Shown: positions 28,104 to 37,577 of the stretch, in pieces
Layout of the letters: each line of letters opens with the position of its first letter
Position numbering within the stretch: the stretch's first letter is position 1
DNA from: Desulfatiglandales bacterium
GTDB taxonomy: Bacteria; Desulfobacterota; DSM-4660; Desulfatiglandales; Desulfatiglandaceae
Direction: 5' to 3'
DNA length: 64,000 bases
Assembly (NCBI GenBank): GCA_963662465.1
Contig: OY759599.1
Span: 1,248,001-1,312,000, forward strand
Notes under the pieces: model-generated
Seen by the model: the letters and a program-made list of their open reading frames with translations, nothing else
Databases searched by the model: none
Told to the model about the DNA's origin: nothing
Made by a program: the position numbers and the translations under genes

Positions 28104-29174
28104 ATGTTTAAAAAAATCAAACCGGTGTCCATTACCGTTCTGTTTGCGTCTGCGCTGCTGATTTTTCTGGTCGCAATCGTATCGATGCCCCAAAACACAG
28201 CAGCAGCCCCCCGAACCATCAGAGACATGGTCGGCCGGCAGGTCACCCTCCCTGCCAAGGTCAACCGAATCGTCGCTACATTTAAACCGGTGACCCTGTG
28301 CATTCTGTCCTTGGGACTTCAGGACAAAATCGTCGGCATCGATTCCCATTCCAAAAGGGACCGCATGACCCTGGCCGTCTTCCCGAAAGCCGCTACAGTC
28401 AAAGGCGTGGGCACCAAGTCCGCAGGGCTTAACTATGAAACCATCGTTTCTTTAAAGCCGGATCTGGTTGTGCTGTACGCCCAGAAAGACGGACGCGTGC
28501 TGGCCGACCGCCTGACAGGCATGGGGATTCCTGCCGTCATTATTTTGCCGGAAAGCTTTGACAGCGTTAAAGAATCCCTTGCCGTTATCGCACGGGCCAT
28601 CGGAGAACCGGAAAAAGCAAAACGGGTTGAAGAAGCCATGGATGAATTGCTTGATCAGGTGGCCGACAAGATCCGGAGCATTCCCCCGGCCCAGCGAAAA
28701 ACCGGATATTTTGCATCCCCCAGGGGCCTTTTCAGCACCGCAGCTGGGAATATGCTTCAGGATGATATCCTGGCACGGGCCGGGGTCGACAATGTGGCCC
28801 ATGAACTGCGCGGTTATTTTCAGGATGTTTCCCCGGAGCAGTTCATTGCCTGGAATCCGGATATCGTCATCCTGTCCCGAAACCTCGGCCGGCGAACTTT
28901 CAAACGGCTGAGCGATCCGGAATTGAGCCAGGTCCGCGGCATCCGGACGAAGGCGGTCTACCGTTTTCCCTGCAACATTGCCCCCTGGGATTTTCCTTCC
29001 CCGCTTTCGGCTCTCGGAACCCTCTGGGTGGCGCAAAAAGCCTATCCCGATCTCTTCGCTGACACGGACATGACGGAACAGAGCGACCGGTTCCATCAAA
29101 AGCTCTTCGGCAAAACCTTTACGGAGATGGGCGGGGTCCTCAACGATGCCGTTTACCAGGAACAGGACCCTTGA
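28104..29174 (+). CDS. Iron-chelate/cobalamin-type ABC transporter substrate-binding protein
   Basis: Signal peptide, then TIRDMVGRQVTLP..V.RIV, NYETIVSLKPDLVV and VSPEQFIAWNPDIVI. Confidence 0.88.
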   Translation: MFKKIKPVSITVLFASALLIFLVAIVSMPQNTAAAPRTIRDMVGRQVTLPAKVNRIVATFKPVTLCILSLGLQDKIVGIDSHSKRDRMTLAVFPKAATVKGVGTKSAGLNYETIVSLKPDLVVLYAQKDGRVLADRLTGMGIPAVIILPESFDSVKESLAVIARAIGEPEKAKRVEEAMDELLDQVADKIRSIPPAQRKTGYFASPRGLFSTAAGNMLQDDILARAGVDNVAHELRGYFQDVSPEQFIAWNPDIVILSRNLGRRTFKRLSDPELSQVRGIRTKAVYRFPCNIAPWDFPSPLSALGTLWVAQKAYPDLFADTDMTEQSDRFHQKLFGKTFTEMGGVLNDAVYQEQDP

Positions 29175-30211
29175 TTTCCCCCTCCCGCTATGTCCGCAAA
29201 GGCCGACCCGGTTTGTGCTATGGGCTGGGGACCCTGCTGCTGGTCCTTTTTCTGGTTTCACTTATGGTGGGCCGATTTAAAATATCCGTTTCGGAAATCG
29301 GCGCCATATTATCGAGCCTGCTGCCCGGCAACAGCCTTTCCCACGACCTTGTTTCCCAGAAGCTGGTCTTTTTGTGGGTACGCCTGCCAAGATGCATCAT
29401 GGCCGTCATTGTCGGCGCCGGCCTGTCAATTTCAGGCGCCGCGTACCAGGCACTGTTCCGAAATCCGCTGGTATCCCCGGATATTCTCGGTGTCGCGGCG
29501 GGATGTACATTCGGTGCGGCATTAGGAATCCTTCTGCCTGGAGACGGTTGTTACCAGGTCCAGGTCCTTTCCTTTGGGTTCGGTCTTCTGGCGGTTTCCA
29601 TGGCTGTCGGCATTGCACGGCTCATATCCGTTAAACCGGTGATTGTAATGGTGCTGGCGGGCATGGTGGTACTCTCTTTTTTTAATGCCCTGTTGATGAT
29701 CCTTAAATACTTTTCCGATCCCTATGATGAACTGCCGAGCATTGTTTTCTGGATCATGGGGAGCCTCACCCGGGCGACCTGGCATGATCTGGCGGTCGCC
29801 GCACCGGTGACCGGCTGCGGGTTGCTGTTGTTTATGCTGCTGCGCTTTCGGCTTAACATCCTTTCTTTGGGGGACGTCCAGGCCCAATCCCTGGGGATGA
29901 ACCCCTCTATTTTCAGAATAGTCCTGATTACCACAAGCTCCTTCATGGTGGCCATGCTCGTGGCCGCCTGCGGCCAGATCTGCTGGATCGGCCTGATCAT
30001 ACCGCATATGGCCCGGACCCTGGTGGGCCCCGAACACGAGAACATGCTTCCGGTAACCGCCCTTTTGGGCGCCATCTTCATGCTGGCCGCCGATGGCGTC
30101 GCCAGATCCGTCACATCCGCTGAAATCCCGGTGGGCATCATTACGGCCCTTGCCGGCGCGCCGATTTTTGCCTTTCTCTTATACCGAAACAGGGGGAGCG
30201 GATGGCTGTGA
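29171..30211 (+). CDS. FecCD/BtuC-family ABC permease
   Basis: VRLPR...GAGLS.SGA.YQ.LFRNPLVSP, WIMGSL, GLIIPH.AR, EIPVGIITAL.GAP.F. Confidence 0.92.
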   Translation: MISPSRYVRKGRPGLCYGLGTLLLVLFLVSLMVGRFKISVSEIGAILSSLLPGNSLSHDLVSQKLVFLWVRLPRCIMAVIVGAGLSISGAAYQALFRNPLVSPDILGVAAGCTFGAALGILLPGDGCYQVQVLSFGFGLLAVSMAVGIARLISVKPVIVMVLAGMVVLSFFNALLMILKYFSDPYDELPSIVFWIMGSLTRATWHDLAVAAPVTGCGLLLFMLLRFRLNILSLGDVQAQSLGMNPSIFRIVLITTSSFMVAMLVAACGQICWIGLIIPHMARTLVGPEHENMLPVTALLGAIFMLAADGVARSVTSAEIPVGIITALAGAPIFAFLLYRNRGSGWL

Positions 30212-30990
30212 AACTGGAGTGCAAATTGCTCACGTTCCGATACGGAAAAACGGACATTCTCCACGACATCTCCTTTTCCGTTGAACCCGGTGTTTTTTGT
30301 GCTGTTCTCGGCCGCAACGGTTCGGGTAAAACCACCCTGCTCCATTGCCTGAATGGCATTCATAAACCCTGTGAAGGGAATATTTTGATCAACGGCAAAG
30401 ATATCAACCTCATGACCCGCAACGAAATCGCTCGACACGTCAGCCTCGTCCCTCAGGAACACCTTGAGATTTTTCCGTTCCGGGTGATAGACGTTGTGGT
30501 CATGGGGAGAGCGCCTTTTATCGGGATGACCCGAACGCCCACACCGATGGATTATGATCTGGCCCTTGAGGCTCTTGAAACGCTCAATGCCCGGAGACTG
30601 GCCGACTGCAATTTCAACCGGATTTCAGGCGGAGAAAGACAAATTGTCCTGCTGGCCTGCGCCCTTGCCCAAACCAGTGAAATCATGCTCCTGGATGAAC
30701 CCACCAACCACCTTGATTTTAACAACCAGTACCTTCTTTTATCCAGAATCAAGCAGTTCTGCCGGACCCGAAAAACCAGTGTGATCGCCTCCATGCATGA
30801 TCCCAACATGGCGATTTTGTTTGCTGATACCATCGTCATGGTCAAAAATGGTAAACTGGTCGCCTGCGGCCCTGCCGAAGACATCATGACCAAACAAAAC
30901 ATTGACCGTTTATACGATACGGATACGGCGCCTTTGGCAATTTCCGAAACCAGACATTTCTTTCTGCCCGGCGGAATCGTTAATGCATAA
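30202..30990 (+). CDS. FepC/BtuD-like ABC ATP-binding protein
   Basis: GRNGSGKTT, ISGGERQ, LLDEPTNHLD, HDPN.A. Confidence 0.92.
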   Translation: MAVKLECKLLTFRYGKTDILHDISFSVEPGVFCAVLGRNGSGKTTLLHCLNGIHKPCEGNILINGKDINLMTRNEIARHVSLVPQEHLEIFPFRVIDVVVMGRAPFIGMTRTPTPMDYDLALEALETLNARRLADCNFNRISGGERQIVLLACALAQTSEIMLLDEPTNHLDFNNQYLLLSRIKQFCRTRKTSVIASMHDPNMAILFADTIVMVKNGKLVACGPAEDIMTKQNIDRLYDTDTAPLAISETRHFFLPGGIVNA

Positions 30991-31657
30991 ATCACCGGAT
31001 AAAATATCGACCGTACCCTGCAATTCAGCGGAATTACCCCCGGAATTGTTTAATTTGAATGCGGGCATCCGTTCAAACATGCCCGACAACAGCCTTCTGT
31101 TCACGGCAGCCCCGGATACCCGGCGCATCATTCTCACCGGAGCGGTTCAATCCGGCAAATCTACGCTTGCGGCTCTGCTGGTCAGACAGTTGAAGCGGAA
31201 AAACATTCATGTGGCCGGCATTCTGGCCAAGGGGCTATGGGAAAACAATCAGCGCTCAGGCTTTGATCTGATCGACCTGAAAACCGGTCTGTCGATGCCC
31301 CTGGCCAGGCGGCTCGCACCGGCGGAAGGACTCGGCAAACCGGAAATGCCCTTTAGATTTCTGAAAACGGGTGTGGCTGCTGGTCGCAGGGCCCTGAACG
31401 TGGTCCAGTGCGGCCGGGCCGACCTCATTATGGTAGATGAAATCGGCAAACTGGAGGCCCGGGGACTGGGCTGGGCCCCGGACCTGGCGCCATTGCTGGC
31501 CTTTTCCGAAGCCATTCACCTGTGGATTGTCAGGGAGCATCTGGTGGAAAAGATCTGCCGCATCTGGCATGTCACCCGAACGCAGGTCATCCATGTCACG
31601 GCCCCGGATGCTCTGGAGCAGTTGACAGCCGCATGTGCAACAGGAAAGATCGAATAA
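30983..31657 (+). CDS. Nucleoside-triphosphatase (THEP1/NTPase_1-like)
   Basis: ILTGAVQSGKST, GFDLIDL, MVDEIGKLE. Confidence 0.75.
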   Translation: MHKSPDKISTVPCNSAELPPELFNLNAGIRSNMPDNSLLFTAAPDTRRIILTGAVQSGKSTLAALLVRQLKRKNIHVAGILAKGLWENNQRSGFDLIDLKTGLSMPLARRLAPAEGLGKPEMPFRFLKTGVAAGRRALNVVQCGRADLIMVDEIGKLEARGLGWAPDLAPLLAFSEAIHLWIVREHLVEKICRIWHVTRTQVIHVTAPDALEQLTAACATGKIE

Positions 31658-31743
31658 TTTTTTGCCACACATTCCCCCCCCTTGTCGTAAACCATTTTTC
31701 GCGCTATAACGCTGTTTTCTGAAGCATCTTTTCTGCTTTTTCA

Positions 31744-31777
31744 TTTTTTTTTGAAAATCTCCTCATCATCGCCGTAA
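31744..31777 (+). promoter_or_regulatory. ECF-type promoter motif copy 5 (upstream of CAPP)
   Basis: TTTTTTTTTGAAAATCTCCTCATCATCGCCGTAA: TGAA at 31752, GCCGTAA at 31771 (offset 19). Confidence 0.78.
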
Positions 31778-31885
31778 CAACAAACAAGAAACAGGCGCGT
31801 TGCACAACCATATCAAGTGCCTGAATGAAAACTCCAAAATATACCCAATTTTGACTAAATAATTTACAACTAACTGAGATTGTTA

Positions 31886-31926
31886 CTTGTTTTTAACTTA
31901 AAACTTAAAACCTAAAACTTAAAACC
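31886..31926. repeat. (TTAAAAC)4 heptamer tract, right arm of the long-range inverted repeat
   Basis: Its reverse complement GGTTTTAAGTTTTAGGTTTTAAGTTTTAAGTTAAAAACAAG matches 27727-27771. Confidence 0.8.
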
Positions 31927-31949
31927 GTCCCTAAAGGAGGCCTGGCATC

Positions 31950-33566
31950 ATGACCCCACAAACCAGCGGGAAGCAACAAAGCACGGCGCCGGATTTCTCT
32001 CTCCTGTTGAATCGCATGGAACAGGAGATCCTCGGCGGGAAAACCCCTGAGAAATGCCGCGCCACCCTGGCGCGGGAGGACCTCTGGTCCCGTTTCGATC
32101 CCTCCGACCAGGTTCGGTGGGCGCGTCTGGCCCAGATGGCCGGAGAAGTGGATCTGGCACTCACCATATTGGGGCACATTAACCATGTGGCGCCCTCCCA
32201 TGTAAAGGCCTGGCAGGCCCGCCTGGAACTCCTGGCGCTGATGGACCGGCGAAGCGAATTGGCCAGAGTGGCGGCCGAGTCCGGTAAACACCTGGATGAA
32301 ACCCAACAGCGACCCTGGTTGAACCTGAGTGGCGGGGCGGAAATCCATCGGAAGGATGCCGGCATGGATGGCGCCGCCGCTCCGTTTGTGGCGTTAAAGG
32401 AGCGACAACACCATATCGATCGGTTTCTGGAGATCTTCTCCGGACGGGAAGATTGTTTTGCCCGGCAGTGGGCCGATAAAAAAGAGGGAAAGCAGGGGTA
32501 TGTGCCGGTTCGCCGACCCATGGGCGCGGAGGATGTGGAGGATCATTTGAAAGGTCGCAAGACCTATGGCATCTACCTGTTGCGGCGGGATGCCACGGTC
32601 AAGACGGCGGTCATGGATGTGGATGTCGCCCCAAAATTTCGGGAAGGGAAACTGAGCAAGGAGGATCGGGGAATCCTTCGGCGCGAAGGCGCCTATCTCA
32701 TGAAGCGGATTCGGGACATGTCGGAAGCGGCGGGATGCGCTCCCCTGGTGGAGTTCAGCGGGGGCAAGGGGTTTCATTTCTGGTTCATTATGGATCGCCC
32801 CATTCCGGCGGGGCAGGCAAAGCAATGGCTGGAGAGAATCCGGGAACCCCTTTACCGGGATCTGTCCGCCTTCAGCCTGGAAGTGTTTCCCAAGCAGGGG
32901 GAGCTGACGGGTAAAGGGATGGGGAACCTGGTGAAACTCCCCTTGGGGGTGCATCGCGTCACGGGGAAGCGGTCATACTTTTATGATTGCCTGGACCACG
33001 GTACGGAAGCTCAGTTGAAATTCCTGTCGAAGGTAAAACCGGGCGATGCGGACAAAATGGCCTTTGCAACGGTTTCAGGCAAAAGGGAGAATGTGCTGAT
33101 ACATCCCCGGCTCAAAAAATGGGCTGGGGATTTCCCTGAACTGCAACTGCTGGAAACCCGTTGTCCGCCCCTGGGGCAGATCATGGCCGGATGCCGGCAG
33201 GGCAGGGCCTATAGTGAACGGGAGGAGAAGATTCTCTTTCAAACCATCGGATTTCTTCCCAGGGGGAAAACCCTGTTGCATCATTTGATGGGGCCCATAA
33301 CCGACTACAACCCACACCTGGTGGACTTCAAGTTGAGTCGGTTGCGGGGGACGCCCCTGGGATGCAAACGGATCCATTCCCTCCTGAATTTTACGGGGGA
33401 TATGTGCGTATTTGAAGAAAACGGGGACACCTATGATCATCCCCTGCGACATGTGAAGGGCTGGAAAAATGGAGGCGAACCAAAATGCGAAAAGGTGGAA
33501 AACCTGCAGGATGCTCTGGAGAACCTCAATCATGCCATGGTGCAGGTGAAACGGTTTTTGTCTTAA
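31950..33566 (+). CDS. CRISPR-associated primase-polymerase (CAPP, TPR-AEP-Cys-rich C-terminal domain)
   Basis: N-terminal TPR-like helices. AEP motifs FSGREDCFARQW, HLKG..TYGIY, MDVD, FSGGKGFH, EVFPKQ, GNLVKLPLG. C-terminal CPP..C...CKRI...C. AAGGAGG RBS. Confidence 0.88.
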   Translation: MTPQTSGKQQSTAPDFSLLLNRMEQEILGGKTPEKCRATLAREDLWSRFDPSDQVRWARLAQMAGEVDLALTILGHINHVAPSHVKAWQARLELLALMDRRSELARVAAESGKHLDETQQRPWLNLSGGAEIHRKDAGMDGAAAPFVALKERQHHIDRFLEIFSGREDCFARQWADKKEGKQGYVPVRRPMGAEDVEDHLKGRKTYGIYLLRRDATVKTAVMDVDVAPKFREGKLSKEDRGILRREGAYLMKRIRDMSEAAGCAPLVEFSGGKGFHFWFIMDRPIPAGQAKQWLERIREPLYRDLSAFSLEVFPKQGELTGKGMGNLVKLPLGVHRVTGKRSYFYDCLDHGTEAQLKFLSKVKPGDADKMAFATVSGKRENVLIHPRLKKWAGDFPELQLLETRCPPLGQIMAGCRQGRAYSEREEKILFQTIGFLPRGKTLLHHLMGPITDYNPHLVDFKLSRLRGTPLGCKRIHSLLNFTGDMCVFEENGDTYDHPLRHVKGWKNGGEPKCEKVENLQDALENLNHAMVQVKRFLS

Positions 33567-33905
33567 CCTTTTTTTTGCGATCGGGCGGTGCATCTTTTGG
33601 TCAATCATTGCCCCCGCGGGCAGACTATCAGCGGCTTTTGGCGGACCGGTCGCCTGTCTGACGGTGCGAATAGTGATTGCGAAAGGATGCATATTTCTTG
33701 GGAAATGGCGTTTATTGTGAAATTGAGAAATGTTATTTCAATGAGTTATGTCGTATTTACGATTTTGATGACCTTTTTTGGACTAGTTGCGTCATCGCTA
33801 TTATGTCCAAAATCAAAATTACCATCGTTGACTTACCCATTCAGATGTGCTTATGGTCCGTCAACACAGATTAAATATTGGGCCGGTTTCAAAATAGTAT
33901 CATTA

Positions 33906-33937
33906 TTTTTTTGAAAAAATATGGTTTTGTGCCGTAT
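33906..33937 (+). promoter_or_regulatory. ECF-type promoter motif copy 6 (upstream of cas6-csm operon)
   Basis: TTTTTTTGAAAAAATATGGTTTTGTGCCGTAT: TGAA at 33912, GCCGTAT at 33931 (offset 19). Confidence 0.78.
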
Positions 33938-33986
33938 CAGGGAACAAGGATATATTACGGTCGTCTGATTTTGATGGAGGAAGGTC

Positions 33987-34931
33987 ATGCTGTACGGAAA
34001 ATACGGTTTCATCTGTCATTTGGAAACCGATGCCGTCCTGCCTTGTTATAAAGGCAGCACTTTTCGCGGCGTATTCGGCCATGCCCTCAAACGGGTGGTC
34101 TGCGCCCTCAAACAGGTGGAATGCAATGCCTGCGTCTTGAAGCAGCGGTGCGTGTACGCCAGGGTATTTGAAACGCCCATTGCCATGACCATGCCCGAAG
34201 GGTCTCGCATATCGGCGCCGCCGCACCCTTTTGTGATCGAGCCACCCCTGACCGACCTGCAAGATTACCGGGCTGGGGATCGGATTGATTGCGGTCTGCT
34301 TCTTTTCGGTGAAACCAACCAAAGTCTTCCCTATTTTGTCTATGCCTTTGAGCAGATGGGGAAGATCGGCATCGGCAAACACTTGAATGGAAAACGGGGC
34401 CGCTTTTCCCTGGAATCGGTTACGGCGGGGGACCGGGAGATTTATTCCTGTCGGGACCGGACCTTCCTGCAAAATGTGCCCACCCGGTCCTTGAATCTTG
34501 GGGAGCCTGTGTCCAAAACCAACGGCAACGGCTGCGCCCGGATCTCCGTTTCCCTGGAGACGCCGCTTCGGCTCAAATTCAAGAGTGAAATTCGGGCCAC
34601 GCTCCCCTTTCATGTGCTGGTCCGGGCCATGCTGAGGCGCATCTCGTCCCTCTATAACGTGTGGGACGGCGGGGAACCGGAACTGGACTACAAGGGGCTC
34701 ATTGAGCGGGCGGAACAGGTGCGCATCCGGCATAACGGCCTCAGATGGTTTGACTGGCGAAGGTACTCCAATCGGCAGGAGCGGAAGATGTTCATGGGGG
34801 GCCTGGTGGGGAACGTGACCTATGAGGGCGACCTGGGGGAGTTTTTACCGCTCATTGATTTTGCTGAAAAGGTTCACCTGGGGAAGAATACGAGTTTTGG
34901 GTTGGGGAAGATGCAGGTTAAGGCCGTCTGA
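33987..34931 (+). CDS. cas6: CRISPR pre-crRNA endoribonuclease Cas6
   Basis: GSTFRGVFGHALK..VC...C..C...C.Y, PHPFVIEPP, C-terminal G-loop HLGKNTSFGLG. Confidence 0.93.
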   Translation: MLYGKYGFICHLETDAVLPCYKGSTFRGVFGHALKRVVCALKQVECNACVLKQRCVYARVFETPIAMTMPEGSRISAPPHPFVIEPPLTDLQDYRAGDRIDCGLLLFGETNQSLPYFVYAFEQMGKIGIGKHLNGKRGRFSLESVTAGDREIYSCRDRTFLQNVPTRSLNLGEPVSKTNGNGCARISVSLETPLRLKFKSEIRATLPFHVLVRAMLRRISSLYNVWDGGEPELDYKGLIERAEQVRIRHNGLRWFDWRRYSNRQERKMFMGGLVGNVTYEGDLGEFLPLIDFAEKVHLGKNTSFGLGKMQVKAV

Positions 34932-34975
34932 TGTGGGTTAAAACCGGAAGAAATTTGGAAAAAGGGAGTTCACAA

Positions 34976-37564
34976 ATGGATGAAACGGATTTAAAGGTAG
35001 CCATGGCGGGCTTTTTTCACGATATAGGCAAGCTTGCTGATAAGGATACACTGGGTGTAACGGAAAAATACTTTAATGATAATGCGGGACTTTATCTCCC
35101 GTTTCGGGACGGCCGCCACACCCACCACCATGCGCTCTATTCCGCCGCATTCATCGAGCAGATGTCAGCGTTTTTGCCGCCCCAATTGAACCAACCGGAT
35201 TGGGGCGACGGTGATGCCTTTATCAATCTGGCGGCGGGGCATCATAACGCCGAGACGCCCATGCAGCGAATTATTACCGTCGCCGATTGGCTGACCAGCG
35301 GAATGGACAGGGATGTCTTCGATGGGGCCGACAGCAAGAATATTGCGGTGCGGAACTACAAAAAGACCCGGTTGCTACCCCTGTTGGAACAGTTGAAAAA
35401 TCCCAATTTGGATGCTCGTGAGAAATTTTCCCACGAGTATCCACTGCGTCCCCTTTCCCCTGAAAGCATATTTCCCGTAAAGAGAAAAAACGGGGGGGAG
35501 GTCGATGGAAAAGGAGAATACCGCACCCTTTTTGAGGGTTTTACGAAGGATCTTGCTTTGTTGCGTCACAGGGAAGAGAATGTGGGGCTCTGGTTTGAAC
35601 ATTTTGAAAGTCTCCTGATGGTCTACGCCTCTTCCATCCCTGCCGCCAGGGTGGGAAACGTGGTTCCGGACGTTTCCCTCTATGACCATTCCCGATTGAC
35701 CGCCGCCTTTGCGGCTGCGCTCTACGCTTACCATCGGGAAACGGATAGCCTTGAAATCGGTAGAATCGAAAACAAGAAGGATCAAAAATTTCTACTGGTC
35801 AACGGTAATTTTTTCGGAATACAGGATTTCATATTTACCGGTTATGGGGATTCGCGGAAATATCGATCCAAGCTTCTGCGGGGCAGATCGTTTTACGTTT
35901 CCCTTTTGACTGAAATCGCGGCGGATTTGCTTGCTGAGGCTGTGGGCCTGCCTTCCATTTCCATTATTCTCAATGCCGCGGGTCGGTTCACCCTGCTCTC
36001 GCCCAACACCGAGACGGCCCGGGCAGCTCTGGATCGGACCCAAAGGGAAATGAATGACTGGCTGGTGAAAATTTCCATGGGGGAAGTCAGCATGGGATTT
36101 TCATCCGTGTCCGCCTGCTACAATGATTTCATAGGCGGGCGGTTCATGGATCTCTGGGAAGAGATGGGAAAAAGAGGGGAAACACCCAAATTCCAGAAGA
36201 TTGATCTTCAGCGTCATGGGGGCGTGATTGGGGACTATCTGGATCGGTTCGACAACCGCCTGCCACATGCCCTGTGTCCGCTTTGCGGCAAACGCCCCGC
36301 TGAAAAGGGTACGGAAAAAAGCCTGTCGGGAGAGGATGCACAACCCGTTTGCGGCATTTGTCGAGATCATGTGTTGCTTGGGTCCGGGCTGGTCAAGAAG
36401 CATCAAATTATTGTGGTCGCGGCGGATTCTGTTTCCCATGAAAAAAGAGACGTCTTGCAGGTGCCCCTGTTCGGCAAACGCCGGATTCTGTTTCCACCCG
36501 ACGATGAGCGGAACATGCCTTCGGGCGATCAGATCTTGAAACACTGGGATATTTCCCTGAGCGCAACGAACCTGGGGAATGGAAGGGTAACCCGGAAATA
36601 TGTGAACGGTTATGTGCCGATCTATGAGGAAAAAGATCTGCATGAGGTGAATTTTCTGCAAACGGAGAAATCAGAAAAGAAGAAGCTGGAGATGATCGAT
36701 GACGTTCAATTGGGCGCTGTCAAGAGTCTTCACCACATTGCCGCCGCCGCGTTGATGCTTGGGCCGGATGGCGGTAAAAAGGGCATTGACGCCCTTGGGA
36801 TCTTGAAAGCGGACGTGGATTTTCTGGGTATGCGCATGGGGTGCGGTCTTTCGAGAAACCGGTTTACCATTTCGAGGCTGGCCGCCTTGAGTCGGCAGTT
36901 CAATTATTACTTTGCCCTTTATCTTCCGCACCTTCTGGAAAAGGAGTTTAAGGACGTGTACACGGTGTTTGCCGGCGGGGACGACCTTTTCCTGATCGGT
37001 CCCTGGAACCGGATCTACCAGTTAGCCTTTCGGCTGGAAAAAACATTCGCCGCTTATGTATGCGGAAACCCGGAAATCCATTTTTCAGCGGGGATTACCC
37101 TTCAAAAGGCCCAGACTCCACTGAACACCTTGGCTGAAACGGCTGAGGCGGCCCTTGAAAAATCGAAATCCCGTGGAAGGCGCCGGCTCACCATGTTTAA
37201 TGAAACCGTGCGTTGGGAGGATACTGCTCCTTTGGAATCCATCCGGGAGGAGCTTGAAATGTGGCTTAGTGAGGGATGGGCGACAAAAAGCATGTTGTAT
37301 CGCCTGAACACCTTCATTGCCATGGCGGCCAAAGAAGAGCGGGTCAGCAAAAAGGGACAGGTGTCGATAGATGATATGGCGTGTCTCAAATGGCGGGCGT
37401 TGCTCTTTTATTCAGCGGGACGAAATATCGGCAGAAAGATCAAAAACCAAGGTGAGCGAAACCGGGTGAAGGAAGCGTTAATTGAAAAAATGGTGAGTTG
37501 GCTGGAATACTACAGGGGAACCCTGAGAATCCCCCTCTGGAACGTGCTTTATCATCACAGGTAG
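34976..37564 (+). CDS. cas10: Type III-A Cas10/Csm1 with intact HD and GGDD motifs
   Basis: FFHDIGK (HD), ADWLTSG.DR, DVSLYDH, GIQDFIF, LRGRSFYV, CPLC...CGIC, FAGGDDLFLIG. Confidence 0.96.
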   Translation: MDETDLKVAMAGFFHDIGKLADKDTLGVTEKYFNDNAGLYLPFRDGRHTHHHALYSAAFIEQMSAFLPPQLNQPDWGDGDAFINLAAGHHNAETPMQRIITVADWLTSGMDRDVFDGADSKNIAVRNYKKTRLLPLLEQLKNPNLDAREKFSHEYPLRPLSPESIFPVKRKNGGEVDGKGEYRTLFEGFTKDLALLRHREENVGLWFEHFESLLMVYASSIPAARVGNVVPDVSLYDHSRLTAAFAAALYAYHRETDSLEIGRIENKKDQKFLLVNGNFFGIQDFIFTGYGDSRKYRSKLLRGRSFYVSLLTEIAADLLAEAVGLPSISIILNAAGRFTLLSPNTETARAALDRTQREMNDWLVKISMGEVSMGFSSVSACYNDFIGGRFMDLWEEMGKRGETPKFQKIDLQRHGGVIGDYLDRFDNRLPHALCPLCGKRPAEKGTEKSLSGEDAQPVCGICRDHVLLGSGLVKKHQIIVVAADSVSHEKRDVLQVPLFGKRRILFPPDDERNMPSGDQILKHWDISLSATNLGNGRVTRKYVNGYVPIYEEKDLHEVNFLQTEKSEKKKLEMIDDVQLGAVKSLHHIAAAALMLGPDGGKKGIDALGILKADVDFLGMRMGCGLSRNRFTISRLAALSRQFNYYFALYLPHLLEKEFKDVYTVFAGGDDLFLIGPWNRIYQLAFRLEKTFAAYVCGNPEIHFSAGITLQKAQTPLNTLAETAEAALEKSKSRGRRRLTMFNETVRWEDTAPLESIREELEMWLSEGWATKSMLYRLNTFIAMAAKEERVSKKGQVSIDDMACLKWRALLFYSAGRNIGRKIKNQGERNRVKEALIEKMVSWLEYYRGTLRIPLWNVLYHHR

Positions 37565-37577
37565 GAGAGGAGAGTGC

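Noticed and set aside
31658..31690. TTTTTTGCCACAC...GTCGTAA, resembling the regulon motif
   Set aside because: TGCC instead of TGAA and an offset of 21 rather than 19; not counted.
33588..33914. 108-aa ORF between CAPP and cas6
   Set aside because: AT-rich intergenic-like composition with no RBS or motif; it overlaps the promoter region.
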